DNA of 64,000 bases from contig OZ237738.1 in NCBI GenBank assembly GCA_965178125.1, forward strand, positions 1 to 64,000, read 5' to 3'. How positions within the stretch are numbered: position 1 is the stretch's first letter; every line of letters starts with the position of its first letter. The position numbers and the translations under genes were made by a program. Shown here piece by piece: positions 37,501-48,756 of the stretch. The notes beneath the pieces are model-generated. The model made no database searches. It saw only the letters and a list, made by a program, of their open reading frames with translations, and was not told the origin of the DNA. Source of the stretch: Bilabrum cf. latius. Its lineage: Eukaryota.

Positions 37501-39412
37501 AGCAGCCAGGGACTTGAAGCTGGTCAGGCGGCTGAAGCCTAGCATTTAGGCAGCTACCAAGGTTCAGAGTCTATGGAGAATGTACCGTTACGGCAAGGTC
37601 CCGGTCAGAGTGCTCCGTCAAAGGCGTTGGGCGGCAGCACTAGACCTGCAGCGCGTTTTCCGTGGGTTTGTTGGCAGGCGGACGGCCCGCCGTCGGCTGC
37701 AGAAGCGAGCTCGTGGGCTGCTTAGGGAAGCCCGCGAAGAGGAGAAGCTGTAGGAGATCGACAAGAGGGAGCTGGCAGCTCGTGCAATCCAAAGGGTGTC
37801 CAGGCGGCACATGGTCAAGCAGCGAGCGAGGGAATGGAGGCAGCAGCTGTGGGCAGCTCGGCGCGGCGAAGAGGCGATCTAGCGGGCAGAGGAGGAGGCC
37901 AGGAGGCAGGCGGCAGTGGAGGCAGCTGTCGCCAAGAGAAAGCTAGAAGAGCAGCTCGAGGCGATCAGGGAACAGGAGGAGGCCAAGCAGCATCGCCTGG
38001 AGGTTGAACGGCGGCTGCGAATCTCTTAGATGCGGAAGGCGGTGCAAGGAGCCGAGGCCCAGCGCGACCGCGAGAAGGGTGAGATCGAGCTGCAGGTGCG
38101 CAAGCGTGTCGCCGAGGCCAAAAAACAAGGAGTTGACGATCGAAAGCGGCGCTAGAACGCCCGGCGTCGGCAGCTCATTAAGTACATTAAGGACTACGCG
38201 CTGGGCAGCACCGACCAGACGCTGCGTGAGGCCCTCACCTTCCTGGACAACGAGGCAAAGGTCAGGCCTGATGCGGCCAGGGGGCAGTTCGAATGGCGCA
38301 ATTTTTCTGTCGGAGTAGTCGCAGACAAGGCCAAGCAGGGGGAGGAAGGGGCGGCCGAGGACCCGTCGGTGATCAAGGCGGACGAGCTCAAATTCACGGA
38401 GAACGAGTTACTAGAGCAGGAGAAGATCATGCAGCGGATCATGGCGGCCAGCGAGGAGGAGTACAAGACTATGCAGGAGCAGCTCAAGGGAGAGGCGTAC
38501 AACCGCCGCACGAGCTCCATCCGCACAGACGCCATGGTGAGTGCGATGGCCAAGATCATGTCGGACGAGCTAGGGGCCATCCACTCGGACGAGAGCAAGA
38601 TGGAGCAGGACAGGCTTAAGGACGTGGCCAAGTTCCGCAAGAACGAGCTGGTCCAGATCGAAGTGCGCTACCAGAAGGCCCTCCGGCCAGCACGCGATGA
38701 GGCGGTGGGCATCGTGCAGGGAGCAGCCCGTGCCTACCTGGCCAAGTGCGACCTCGCGCGCGCGATCCGGGCCACGTACGAGAAGGAGTGGGACGAGGAG
38801 AAAGAGCACTTCTACTACCGGAACACTGTGCTGGGGACCAGGCGGCCCACCCGCCCCATTATTATGGGGGCGTATGATGTGCGGTGCAAGACGATGAGTC
38901 GGGAGGAGGAGGAGGCTTGCAAGCAGAGGCAATTTCGCAGGCATGGTGTCGAGGGCATGGACATGGGCGCGGGCGTGGGGGCCTAGGAGGAGGGGGCCGA
39001 GGGGATCTCGGGCGAGGATGGGAAACAGAGCAAGTACGGATCGACTGCAGCTGCTTTCAAGCCACCTCCTGCCAGCTCTGGGCGGCAGTTCGGCGACAGG
39101 GTCATCGTGGCGGGGAACGCGTCGGGGCTAGAGGCACTGGGGGGCACCGGTGGGGCAAGCCACAGCGGAGCGGCAAGTGGGGCAGGAGCAGACTGGGACT
39201 ATCACTAGCCGGGGGGGGGCGAAGGCTACTATGGCGAAGGGAGCGCGTACGCTGCTGCGGGGCAGGATGAGGCCGACGCTGGCGGGAGCACAGCTGCGGC
39301 TGGTGGCTCGTCTGAGCCGGATGAGAATGGATGGTACTACGATGAGTACGGGCGGCCATACAACGAGACTGGGTGGTACGATACGGATGGAACGTTCTAT
39401 GAGTGGACGTGA
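31535..39412 (+). CDS. Large (~2600 aa) coiled-coil protein with IQ calmodulin-binding motifs and a WW-like segment
   Basis: 12 ORF fragments share one frame; IQ-like LQSSWRA, VQSLWRMY, LQRVFRGFVGR, VQGAARAYL; YEKEWD..HFYYRN; ends in TGA; not every junction was checked. Confidence 0.7.
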
Positions 39413-39526
39413 GCACCGTGTTAATGATGTAGCTGGCTGCAGCAAATTCTGTTCTTCCGGCTTTCGCGTGTGTGGGCTTTGCGGTGTTCACAAGTATCAA
39501 ACGCAAGATGAAATGCCTAAACTGAC

Positions 39527-41221
39527 ATGATCGGTCAATTGTTTCGACCGATCACGAGGGAGTGTGCGCGCGGCCGCATGCAACGCATCACCTGCGCTTG
39601 CTCCAGAGCCTTCTCTTCGAAAGTGTGTGTTGGTTTGTCTGGCGGAGTAGACTCTAGTGTTGTCGCTTTGCTGGGCAAGAAAGCTGGGCTCGACATACAC
39701 GCAGTTTTTATGAAAAACTGGGACAGCTCGGACGAGCGAGGTACATCTTGCCAGTTTGAAGAGGACTGGGATAGTGCACGTAGAGTTGCAGACCATTTGT
39801 CGATCCCGATTAGTCGGGTAGACTTATCAAAAGAGTACTGGAACGATGTGTTTGAGCCCTTTCTTGAGGACTACTCGAATAACTTTACTCCAAATCCGGA
39901 CGTTGGGTGCAATAGGCACATCAAGTTCGGCGCCTTTATGCGATGGTGTGTGCGGGAGCTCGAAGCGGATATAGTCGCAACAGGGCATTACGCCCGCTTA
40001 TCTGCATGCCCACCGTCTATAGCAACTTCGTTAGACGCGTGCAGCCGTGGCTCTGACACTAGAGTGTTCTCCATGCCTACGGGGGACCTAGAGCAGGTGC
40101 TTGCGAATGCATCATGTGATTGGGCGCCATCTGAGCTGCGACGTGCCATTCCAGCGCACATCGGCAGCCCCCCCCAACTATTGCAAGGCGTAGATAAAGG
40201 TAAGGATTAGAGCTACTTTCTCGCTCAAGTCGACCGTGGTGCATGGGCACGAACGTGGATGCCCCTCGGTGAGTTCCACAAGCAAGACGTGCGTCGGCTG
40301 GCTCATGCGGCTGGCCTGCCCACTGCGACAAGAAAGGATAGCGTTGGTATATGCTTCATTGGCAAGCGAAAGATGGGAGACTTTCTGCCTCAGTACATCC
40401 CAATGAAGCAGGGCAATTTCAGGTTGTGGCCGGACGAGCCATTGAGCGAGGCTGCGGCGGGCCCGCCAGACTCTGACACCGAGTTGAACGGCGCTCCAGT
40501 GTCTCTACCGTCCCTCGGGGCCCACAGCGGAGTCGCTCTTTATACGGAGGGTCAAGCAGCTGGCATTGGAGGACTGCCCCGCAAGGCGTACGTAGCGAGG
40601 AAAGGCGTGGACGTGGCAGCGACCGTACGCGGATGGAGCACTGCCGGCACATCGTCATCGGCGAGCAAGCGGTCAGGCTGGGCGGCAGGCAGCGACATCG
40701 TTGTGGTGCAGGCTCGCACCCACCCGCTTCTATACACGAGGTCTGTGTTCCTGCGCCTGGACCGGCTAGTCGGCCAGCTCGCCGGGTAGCAGTGGGAACG
40801 TGCCATCCGAAGCGAGGGGGGCCTAGCCGTGGCTGCTCGATTCCGCAATCTGCAGCCGCTGGTGCGCGGCTGCAATGCCTCGGTGACTGCTGATGGGGTG
40901 CACCTCCGCGTGGAACTGCCGATGCCGCACCGCGCCCTGTCTCCGGGACAGGTGGCCGTGCTGCACCTGGAGCAGGAGCACTGGCCCTCTAGTGCAGAGG
41001 GGCTGCTGGACTATGCTGAGCTCCCTGTCCTCGCATCTGCGCCCATCGATGACACGGGGCCATCGCTGCTGCACGAGGGCCGACTGTAGCCAATGCCGGC
41101 TGAAGGCTAGACGAGTCTGTTCCCGGGAGTGCTCCGGGCGGGATCGCACCCTTTAGCAGTGCAGCCGCAGCTTGGTGACACTGATTGTGCACTTACAGAG
41201 GAGGACATGTGGATCGACTGA
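39527..41221 (+). CDS. TRMU: Mitochondrial tRNA 2-thiouridylase MnmA/TRMU
   Basis: GLSGGVDSSV, MKNWD, TPNPDVGCNRHIKFG, ATGHYA, KD*SYFL, KDSVGICFIG, ALSPGQ; ends in TGA. Confidence 0.93.
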
Positions 41222-41321
41222 GGCGTTGAGAGCATGAACAGACTGTACAAGATCGTATCTTTGCAAATCACCCCTTATTTAATTGAGCCATCCGACCAAA
41301 CCATGCAGCGCTTAAACACAC

Positions 41322-42818
41322 TCACGCCCGAGGCTAACCGACTGCAGCCACGTGTCTCCTCGCCTTGCCTGCACCAATCACAGCGACCTGTCCGTGGAGC
41401 ACTCCTGCCGGCCCAATGGGCGCACTGGCCTCCTTTGCGTCCACCCTGCTCCCATTGAGGGAGAGGCCCCCTGCTTTGGCCAGCCGGCGCGCCTCGGCCT
41501 TTGACGATGCGAGACCCGTAGATTGTGCCAACTCCAGCACAGAGCTGCCTTGCAGAGCTTCCGCTGAGTCGAGTAGGGAACCAGGAATCGTGCCAGCCTG
41601 CACGCATGCCGCCAGCTCTGCAACAGCCCCAGGACTAGACTAGTCCTGAGACTCGCTGCCGTGCAGCGTGGATGTGGCTGCTCGTGCGATGTCCAATGCG
41701 TCCCTCCCGCGCACCATTCTTGTGACTTCGTCTGCAAGCAGCTGCTGCGCGTGCCTGAGGTGGGGAGCCTCCGCGTGTTCCTGCAGCGCTGTGTCCACGT
41801 CTCGCATGGGTAGCAGGGTTAGCTTGGGGAGCAAGTTAGCCGCGTCGTCGTCCGACATGCGCACAAAGTACTGATAGAAGGTGTAGTGGGGCGTCTACTC
41901 TGGGTTGAGCCAGACCGCCGCATTTCCCTCAGACTTACCGATCTTGCGGCCCGCCGCGTTGGTCAGCAGCGGCACTGTGATGCCGTACACCTCATCCCCA
42001 CACATTCGTCTGACCAGGTCCACCCCTGCCACGATGTTCCCCCACTAATCCGATCCCCCGATCTGCATCGCGCACCCATGCTCCCGGTACAGCGTCCAAA
42101 AGTCCCAGGCCTGCAGCACCTGGTATGTGAACTCGGTGAAGCTGAGACCTGCCTCAGATGCAAGGCGAGACTTCACGCTGTCTTTAGATAGCATTGTCGA
42201 CATCCTGAAGTGCCTACCAACCCCGCCAATAAAGTCGAGCGCAGACATGTCGCGATAGAAGTCCCCGTTCTGCACCACTTCTGCCCTGGGCGACGCTTCT
42301 TGCCCATGCCACAGCTCTGGCAATTCGCCAGAGGCACTCAATCTCGCGGCATAATAGTCATGATCACCATCGCGACACAGCACCTGCTCGACACTCCTCT
42401 GTATCCCAGCCAAGTTTGTCTGCAGCTGCTCTTCTCCGAGCTGAGGTCTCTCCGAGCTCTTTCCGCTAGGATCGCCAATGCGTCCAGTAGCACTGCCAAC
42501 CAACGCCACTGGTCGAATGCCATGCAAGCTCATATGCTTCATCAGCACGAGTGGAAGTAGGTTTCCGACGTGAAGACTTGGGGCCGTAGGGTCCTAGCCA
42601 ACGTACACGCTGCATGGTGGACAACTCGTTTTCCCTTCTGCTGACCACTGTGAGCGTGATGTCCAACTATCGAAAACGTTGCTGCAGCTCTCTGAAGTGA
42701 CAGCATCTACCAGTCCTCGTTTGCGGGCTGCGGCAAGCCAGCTTGTTTTAGCGGTCGTACACAAAGATCTAAACCCGGTATTCCACCTCCTTACTACTCC
42801 ATTTCGCATAAACATCAT
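41322..42818 (-). CDS. YARS2: Mitochondrial (bacterial-type) tyrosyl-tRNA synthetase
   Basis: [11 protein letters not shown] (HIGH), [34 protein letters not shown] (KMSKS-like), S4-like C-terminus; ends in TGA. Confidence 0.93.
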
Positions 42819-42977
42819 CTATATTACAACAATCTACTAAAAAATTCAAAATTAATTCTCATGAACTAGCTAAATGGCGGTTTTGATTTCTCTCGCTATG
42901 CCAGGAATACGAACGTTCGTGACAAGCTAGCGAACCCGTTGACCAACCAAACCTTCATTCCGGCCATTACATTCACC

Positions 42978-43598
42978 ATGTCGACCATTAGGCCGTTCAC
43001 GTGCATGGATTTAATGAGATTCAATAATATTAATTTTGATCATTGGACAGAAACAGTAAGATACGTACCAGGTCATTTGATTTTGCGAGCGCCACACTCT
43101 CCTAGATTATTGTATTTTCAAAGTGACACGGCTATGCCGCAGTTTGGCATGAAGTTCTATCTGGAATACCTTGCGAAATGGCCACACTACTGCAAAGTGA
43201 TGGAAAGCCCCCGGGGCACCATGATGGCATACATGATTGGGAAAAGTGAGGGCAACGATGCCTATCGAGAATGGCACGCTCACGTGTCAGCCGTGACGGT
43301 CGCTCCAGAGTTTAGGTAGCAAGGCTGCGCTAGGAGGTTAATGATCGGGCTGGAGGAGTCTGCAGAGCGTGAACGCTGCTGGTTTGTTGACCTGTTTGTG
43401 CGCGAATCAAACACCCGGGCGGTGCAGTTTTATCGCAAGTTGGGCTACGTCGTGTACCGAAGAGTGCTTGGCTATTATGGCGGCGGCGATGGTGAAGATG
43501 CCCTAGATATGCGAAAGTCGCTGTCTAGGGACCGGCGAAAAGAAACGATGCGGCCGCTTGGCAGACCAGTGTACCCGCACGAGCTGGAGTGGAACTGA
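42978..43598 (+). CDS. NAA20: N-alpha-acetyltransferase 20 (NatB catalytic subunit); intron 43056-43142
   Basis: MSTIRPF..DLMRFNNIN.D..TET, WHAHVSAVTVAPEFR*QG, FVDLFVRESN, EDALDMRK; ends in TGA. Confidence 0.92.
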
Positions 43599-43687
43599 AA
43601 GTCTCTTGATCCAATACTACAATGAAACGACACATTGGCCGGCTATTCCCATGTGTGAGCCAGCATGTATCATCTCGACCAGCTGCA

Positions 43688-46657
43688 TCAGTCCATCTTG
43701 CCACTAGAAACTCGTCCCGGCCTCGTGGGTGGCGCCATCGCGCCCCCTTCGCCAGCACCCCGCTCCCTCACTCTCGCCACTGCCCTCCTCGCCCTCACCT
43801 GGATGTCGCGCAAGCTGGTGGCCGCCTATGAGAGATCTCGGGCGAGTCGTGCGTTCTCGTCTTTCTTTTCCAATGGGGCTCCATCTTCACCGACTCTCGC
43901 TCCAGCAGTAGCAGTTGGTGTTGGCGCGCATGCTGAACTTGCTGCGCCAGCCCGGTCTTCGTGGCCCCTGTGCTTCAGACCGCCCTGCCCCGGGGATTCA
44001 GAGAGCAGCTCAGCTGCCTTCAGCGCTGTGGGTCCTGGGTCAGCTCGAGCTCCAAAGTCGCTTGCTGAACCACCCGCCGAATGGGTGCTCCCCGCCTGTT
44101 GCCCTGATGCATCATCGGGATCTGCGAATCTCTCTTTCGCCAAAGTGGCTCCAGCAGCTGCACTACCGGCCACATGAGCGCACTCACCTGCCGCCTCAAG
44201 GCAGCGGTGCCATGTGCTCGCCCACTCGCCAGTGCCAGCAGCAGTGCCATGTGCTGGAACCCGGCTGTCATGTGGCGGGCCGAGCGCGCCGAGCTAGGCA
44301 GAGAGCGCTTCGAAGATGAGCTGCACACGATGCGCCCTGGCCCTCACCCCCGCACCGGCACTGCAGATGGGCTATCCGCTTGCACCACCCTGGCCTGGCT
44401 ATTCGATAGCACATCTATTGCCGGCTCCAGCGCCGCTGCTTGCTGCCCCACCCGTAGCCTGGTCCACAAATTTGCTGGCACTGCCCACAGGGTCCTCTGG
44501 TGAATCCAGTTGCGCAGATGCCATATTGTCAAAGTCGCTCCTCAGTTCGTGACACTCCATTTGCACGGCGGTCAGCAGGCTCTCGCACCGAAGCAGGGCA
44601 GGCGACCTGTGCTTCCGCTCGAAGGCACTGCTCGCACTAGTACCCGCTCCAGTACCCGACCCGCTTGAGCCAGCACCGCCCTCAGCATATGTGTCCTCCA
44701 TTGACTCCTTGCCCTCCACGGAGGCCGCAGCAGGTACTGGGTGGTCGCTTGTAGATGGTGCTTGCTCTCTTGAGGTGGACCCAAGGGCGGATCCAGATCT
44801 AGGCCCATGCCCAGACATGTATTCAGTCGCAGTACCTCCATCGGATGGTCCGGTGTGGACCCCGGCAAACTCTGCGAGCAAAGACCAGCAGCACGACTCC
44901 ACTCGCTGCTCCCAGGTGATTTCGCCGCTAGCATCGCGCACGACAGCCGGCACCAGGCCTGGAAATCGCAGCACGACAGACCGGATCGTCTGGCTGGTGC
45001 TGGCAGCAGCCCGCAGGATTCGCTGGAACGCCGGCCGCAACACTTGCACCCAGCCGCCGCCTGCAGCTGGCAGCGCACTTAGATCCGAAGCTACGAGCCT
45101 TTGACACAATTTCCTAGCTGCAGATACGTGGCAAGCCTCGCACAACTCGTCGGCATGACCGATACCTGCCTCGGGTCTCGCTGCAGCAGGCAAGCCCACG
45201 GCTGGTACAGACCGGAGCCTACTCGTATCGCCGGAGCCACGGTGCTGTAGGGCAATGTCGGCAGCAGCAGCACCTGTATCAGCAACAGTGCGCATGACTT
45301 CCAATGTCCAACGGTTCGTCTTAGTGGCTTGCTCGGCAGCGATGCTGGGTGGCGCCGCCTACTCAAAGTCAGGTCCATCCAGCGCTGGCAGTACCCCATC
45401 CAAGCATGCCAGCATGCTGCCGAAGGCGCGGCTAGCAGATCGCACGGGCATGCTGGGGTTATCCATCCCCGCTCTAAGCACGGAACATACACCAGCTGCA
45501 AAGGAAGCTTGGTCAAAGATTGTCTACGCCGCACTCTAGTCGGCAGATGCTGCCTGGTGCCACGCGTAGAGTCCCAGTGCCTCCACAGCTGCAGCTGCCT
45601 CTGCCATCGCCAGCTCACACACCATGGGTGACTCGTGCCTGCACAATCCCTCCAGAAGCTAGAGCAGACCTTTCCAGAGAGGCTCTCCGGAAGTGCCAGC
45701 GCCACCTGAGGCCACACCAGCGGCACAGCCCCCCGCTCCCTCCGCTGAGGCCCCCCACTCGCCGTCCTCGTCGCCGAAGATCTCGTCGATCTCGTCAGGG
45801 GAAGCCTTAGTCGAATCGTGCGCACCCTCAGCTTCTTGTGTGATGATGACTCCGCCCTATCTCCCCCTGCAGGTCCTTCCTGGCACAGCCTGCCTCAGCA
45901 GCGAGCCTACCGCAGTGGGCACCTCGTGCTCGAGGAGGAACGCCTCCGATGCACCCAGCAGTACTGCCCCGTCTACCCGCCGCATCGCGCCTTCTACCGT
46001 GCACAGCTTACCGATAGGAGGCTTTTTCTTCTCATCCCCCAACAGCGGACTCGCTAGCAGCTTACCCTGCCTGAGTCTGCTGCACGGGAGCAGGACCAGC
46101 ATTGCCAAAGCAAGGTGGCTCGCTTGTTCCAGCGACATGGTTTGCTCTTCGGCAAGCAAGCGACGAGCCCCATCTGGATCATCTAAGCCCACTGACTCCG
46201 TCTATGCATCTCTTGGGCGCAAACTTTCCTCGCCTTGACGCATCTCGTGCGCCAAGTGAGCTACCGCCTCCCGGACACCATCCACAACTTGGACTGTAAC
46301 GGTAGGCTCTGAGTCCCTTTGCTAGCCGTGAGCTCTTCTCCTCTTCCTCCTAGACTTGGTTCGCGAGACCTTGCTACTCAATTTCGCGGCGTTACTGTCA
46401 ATTGGGCCACTGCCTGCAGAGCATACTGCCTGTAGCAAGGCTTCCAGCAACAGTGAAGCAGACCTGCAGTGCACCCGAGGCTGGTCATAACCTAACTCAG
46501 CCACAGCGTCATCAACAGAATGTCGCATTCGTGGTTTTGAAACTGCCGCCACTTTGCGATTCTGACCGAACTTCATTCCTGAAGAATCCAGTGATAGGCC
46601 CGGGCTTGATTCCTTGATGGCATCAACCACTGCACTAAGGAACGTGCCGCGCTCCAT
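43688..46657 (-). CDS. Hypothetical helical protein (~990 aa); start uncertain
   Basis: ORFs at 46322, 45857, 44399 and 43826 share one frame joined by TAG; ends in TGA; no family recognised. Confidence 0.6.
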
Positions 46658-46972
46658 AATACCAGACAGTCTTACAGTAATGTTATTATATGCCTTTTGA
46701 TTCTAGTAGAATCTTTACTGACGGGCAATAACAGCTGTAGTGCAATGCAGCGAACTTAATGAAGAAGGTTCGTTCGCTTGGCGCGATTTTCACATTTTTC
46801 CAGATGCCTGTCACGTCTGCAGGCGCATAAGAGTGGAAAATTGCTCGTAGTTATTCTGAATTATAATTATTCAAGCAGGCGCAGGGCCATTCAATTCTGC
46901 TGAATTGTATTGCTACTAGAACCTGTAGTGCTTCAGCAATCCGCCTAAACACCAAGTTCTTGTGCTTGAGAA

Positions 46973-48641
46973 ATGAGTAGTGAGGCTGTCAAAGACGTTG
47001 TGGCAGCTTCTATTGCTGGGGCAGCTGGTATCGTTGTGGGGTAGCCGTTCGATATGTGAGTGGTGAAAAGGTCGGGTGTTTGTTCGCGCCGCCTCTACCC
47101 ATTCGATTAGAGACACTTTTCAACCTCCTTTGACCGGTTGCATCGCATCCTTATCTCGCAGTGTCAAGGTAACACTACAAACTGCAAATGAGAGCGGGAA
47201 GTCAACTAGTTTGTGGCAGACTGCATCGGGCATCGTGAAGTCTTCTGGCTTCCCAGGACTGTTCCGAGGCGTGGTGCCCCCAGTGATAGCCAACGCGCCC
47301 ATCAACGCAGTCCTATTTGCGGTTGAAGGCGCAACAGTCAGAGCTTTTGAACGATCCAAGAGCACGATGAGCCCGGTCGTGCAGCACATGCTGGGTGGGT
47401 GCGTCGCTGGTCTCTCCCAGGCGGCTCTGGCCTGCCCTGCTGAGTTGCTCAAGATCCGGGAGCAGCTGCCCCCTAACGTGGGAGGAGCCCCTGCTGGTTG
47501 CAAGGGACCATTGGATGTGGCTCGACATGTGTATGCAACGAGTGGTGTTCGCGGCTTATTCCGTGGCTTGGGACTCACGGCTGCAAGAGATATGCCCGCG
47601 TTTGGGCTGTACTTTGGGGTTTATGATGGTGCAAAGCACTTGATGGGCGTGCACGTACCGGCACTGTGGGAGGAAGAGCCGGGCACTGCGGCTGTACCCG
47701 CGCGGCCTACTGGCTCAAAATCTGGGTATCACGGCGAGGGCGAGGGGCAGAGGTAGCGGCAGGGGCAGGTTCAGGGAAATGGACAGGGACAGGGACAGGG
47801 GCAGGGACAAGGGCAGGGGCAGGGGCAGGGGCAGGGACAGGGACAGGGACTGGCTCTGGAGGCCGGCGAGTCGGAGGAGATGGCCGGTGGGGATGCGCAG
47901 CCGCGCCGCAAGAGGCAGCGGCACTAGACCCTCGGAGGTCGTGCGATCACGCGCCGCTTGACGGAGCTGCCCCCTAGCATGGGGTCAGGGGACTACGAGC
48001 TGGAGGCCATCAGGGTTCTGCGTGGGCTGTGGAAGAGGGAGCGAGGGGCGACGGCGGCGAGGCGGCATGCGGATGGGAGCCCCGCGGGTATCGTAGAGGA
48101 TATCGAAGCGGGGGGACTCGCCGCCAGTGCACCCAGGAGCGACAGCACAGGTATCGCGAGGACGAGGACGCTCGGCGAGGGTCAGAGCGAGGGGGCCTTG
48201 CCCCGCTCTCCCGCCATGCGTGCCCCCTTGGCGGCCTCTATCTCGACGCAACTCGGAAACCAATCCACTGCGGGAGGTGCGACGCATCCGCCCGTGTCCC
48301 TCCCCAGACTGCCTCCATCCCATGAGGCAAGCAGCCCCGGGCCCGACTTGCCGGGGGACAGGGTGGGAGTGGTGGGCCAGATGATGGCCGGGGCTCTGGC
48401 AGGCATGGCGTCATGGCTCTTCCTGCACCCCGTGGACGTGCTCAAGACTCGGGCGCAGGCGCTCCCTGATGGGGCCTCGCCGCGAGAGAGGCGAGCTCTG
48501 GCCCTGCTGCAATCCGTGGTGAGGGAACAAGGGCCCAGGGGGCTGCTTCGAGGGATCCAGGCGAGTGTGCTGAGGGCGGCCCCTGTCAGTGCAGTGATCT
48601 TCGTGGTGTACGAGTACATCCAGCCGCGGCTGCCCTTCTGA
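46973..48641 (+). CDS. Mitochondrial carrier (SLC25, carnitine/ornithine-carrier-like) with a long GQ-rich insertion; intron 47056-47161
   Basis: Three Px[DE]xx[KR] signatures: G*PFDIVK, CPAELLK, HPVDVLK; GLFRG repeats; ends in TGA. Confidence 0.9.
47757..47850 (+). repeat. Coding hexamer repeat (GGRCAG)n encoding poly-GQ
   Basis: GGACAG/GGGCAG tandem run inside the carrier ORF. Confidence 0.85.
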
Positions 48642-48756
48642 TGTCGCATGGATCAGGTGTGCTCCGTGGCAGTCTGCGCTCATGGGCCAGGAATGGAATG
48701 ATTTTGGACGAAAAACGGAAATTTGCTGTGCGCGCTACATCCAATCAGTCAAAAAA

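Noticed and set aside
39527-42818. Bacterial contamination or HGT for MnmA and TyrRS, or a functional cluster
   Set aside because: Both have mitochondrial-type N-terminal extensions and share the host TAG usage; their adjacency is plausibly chance
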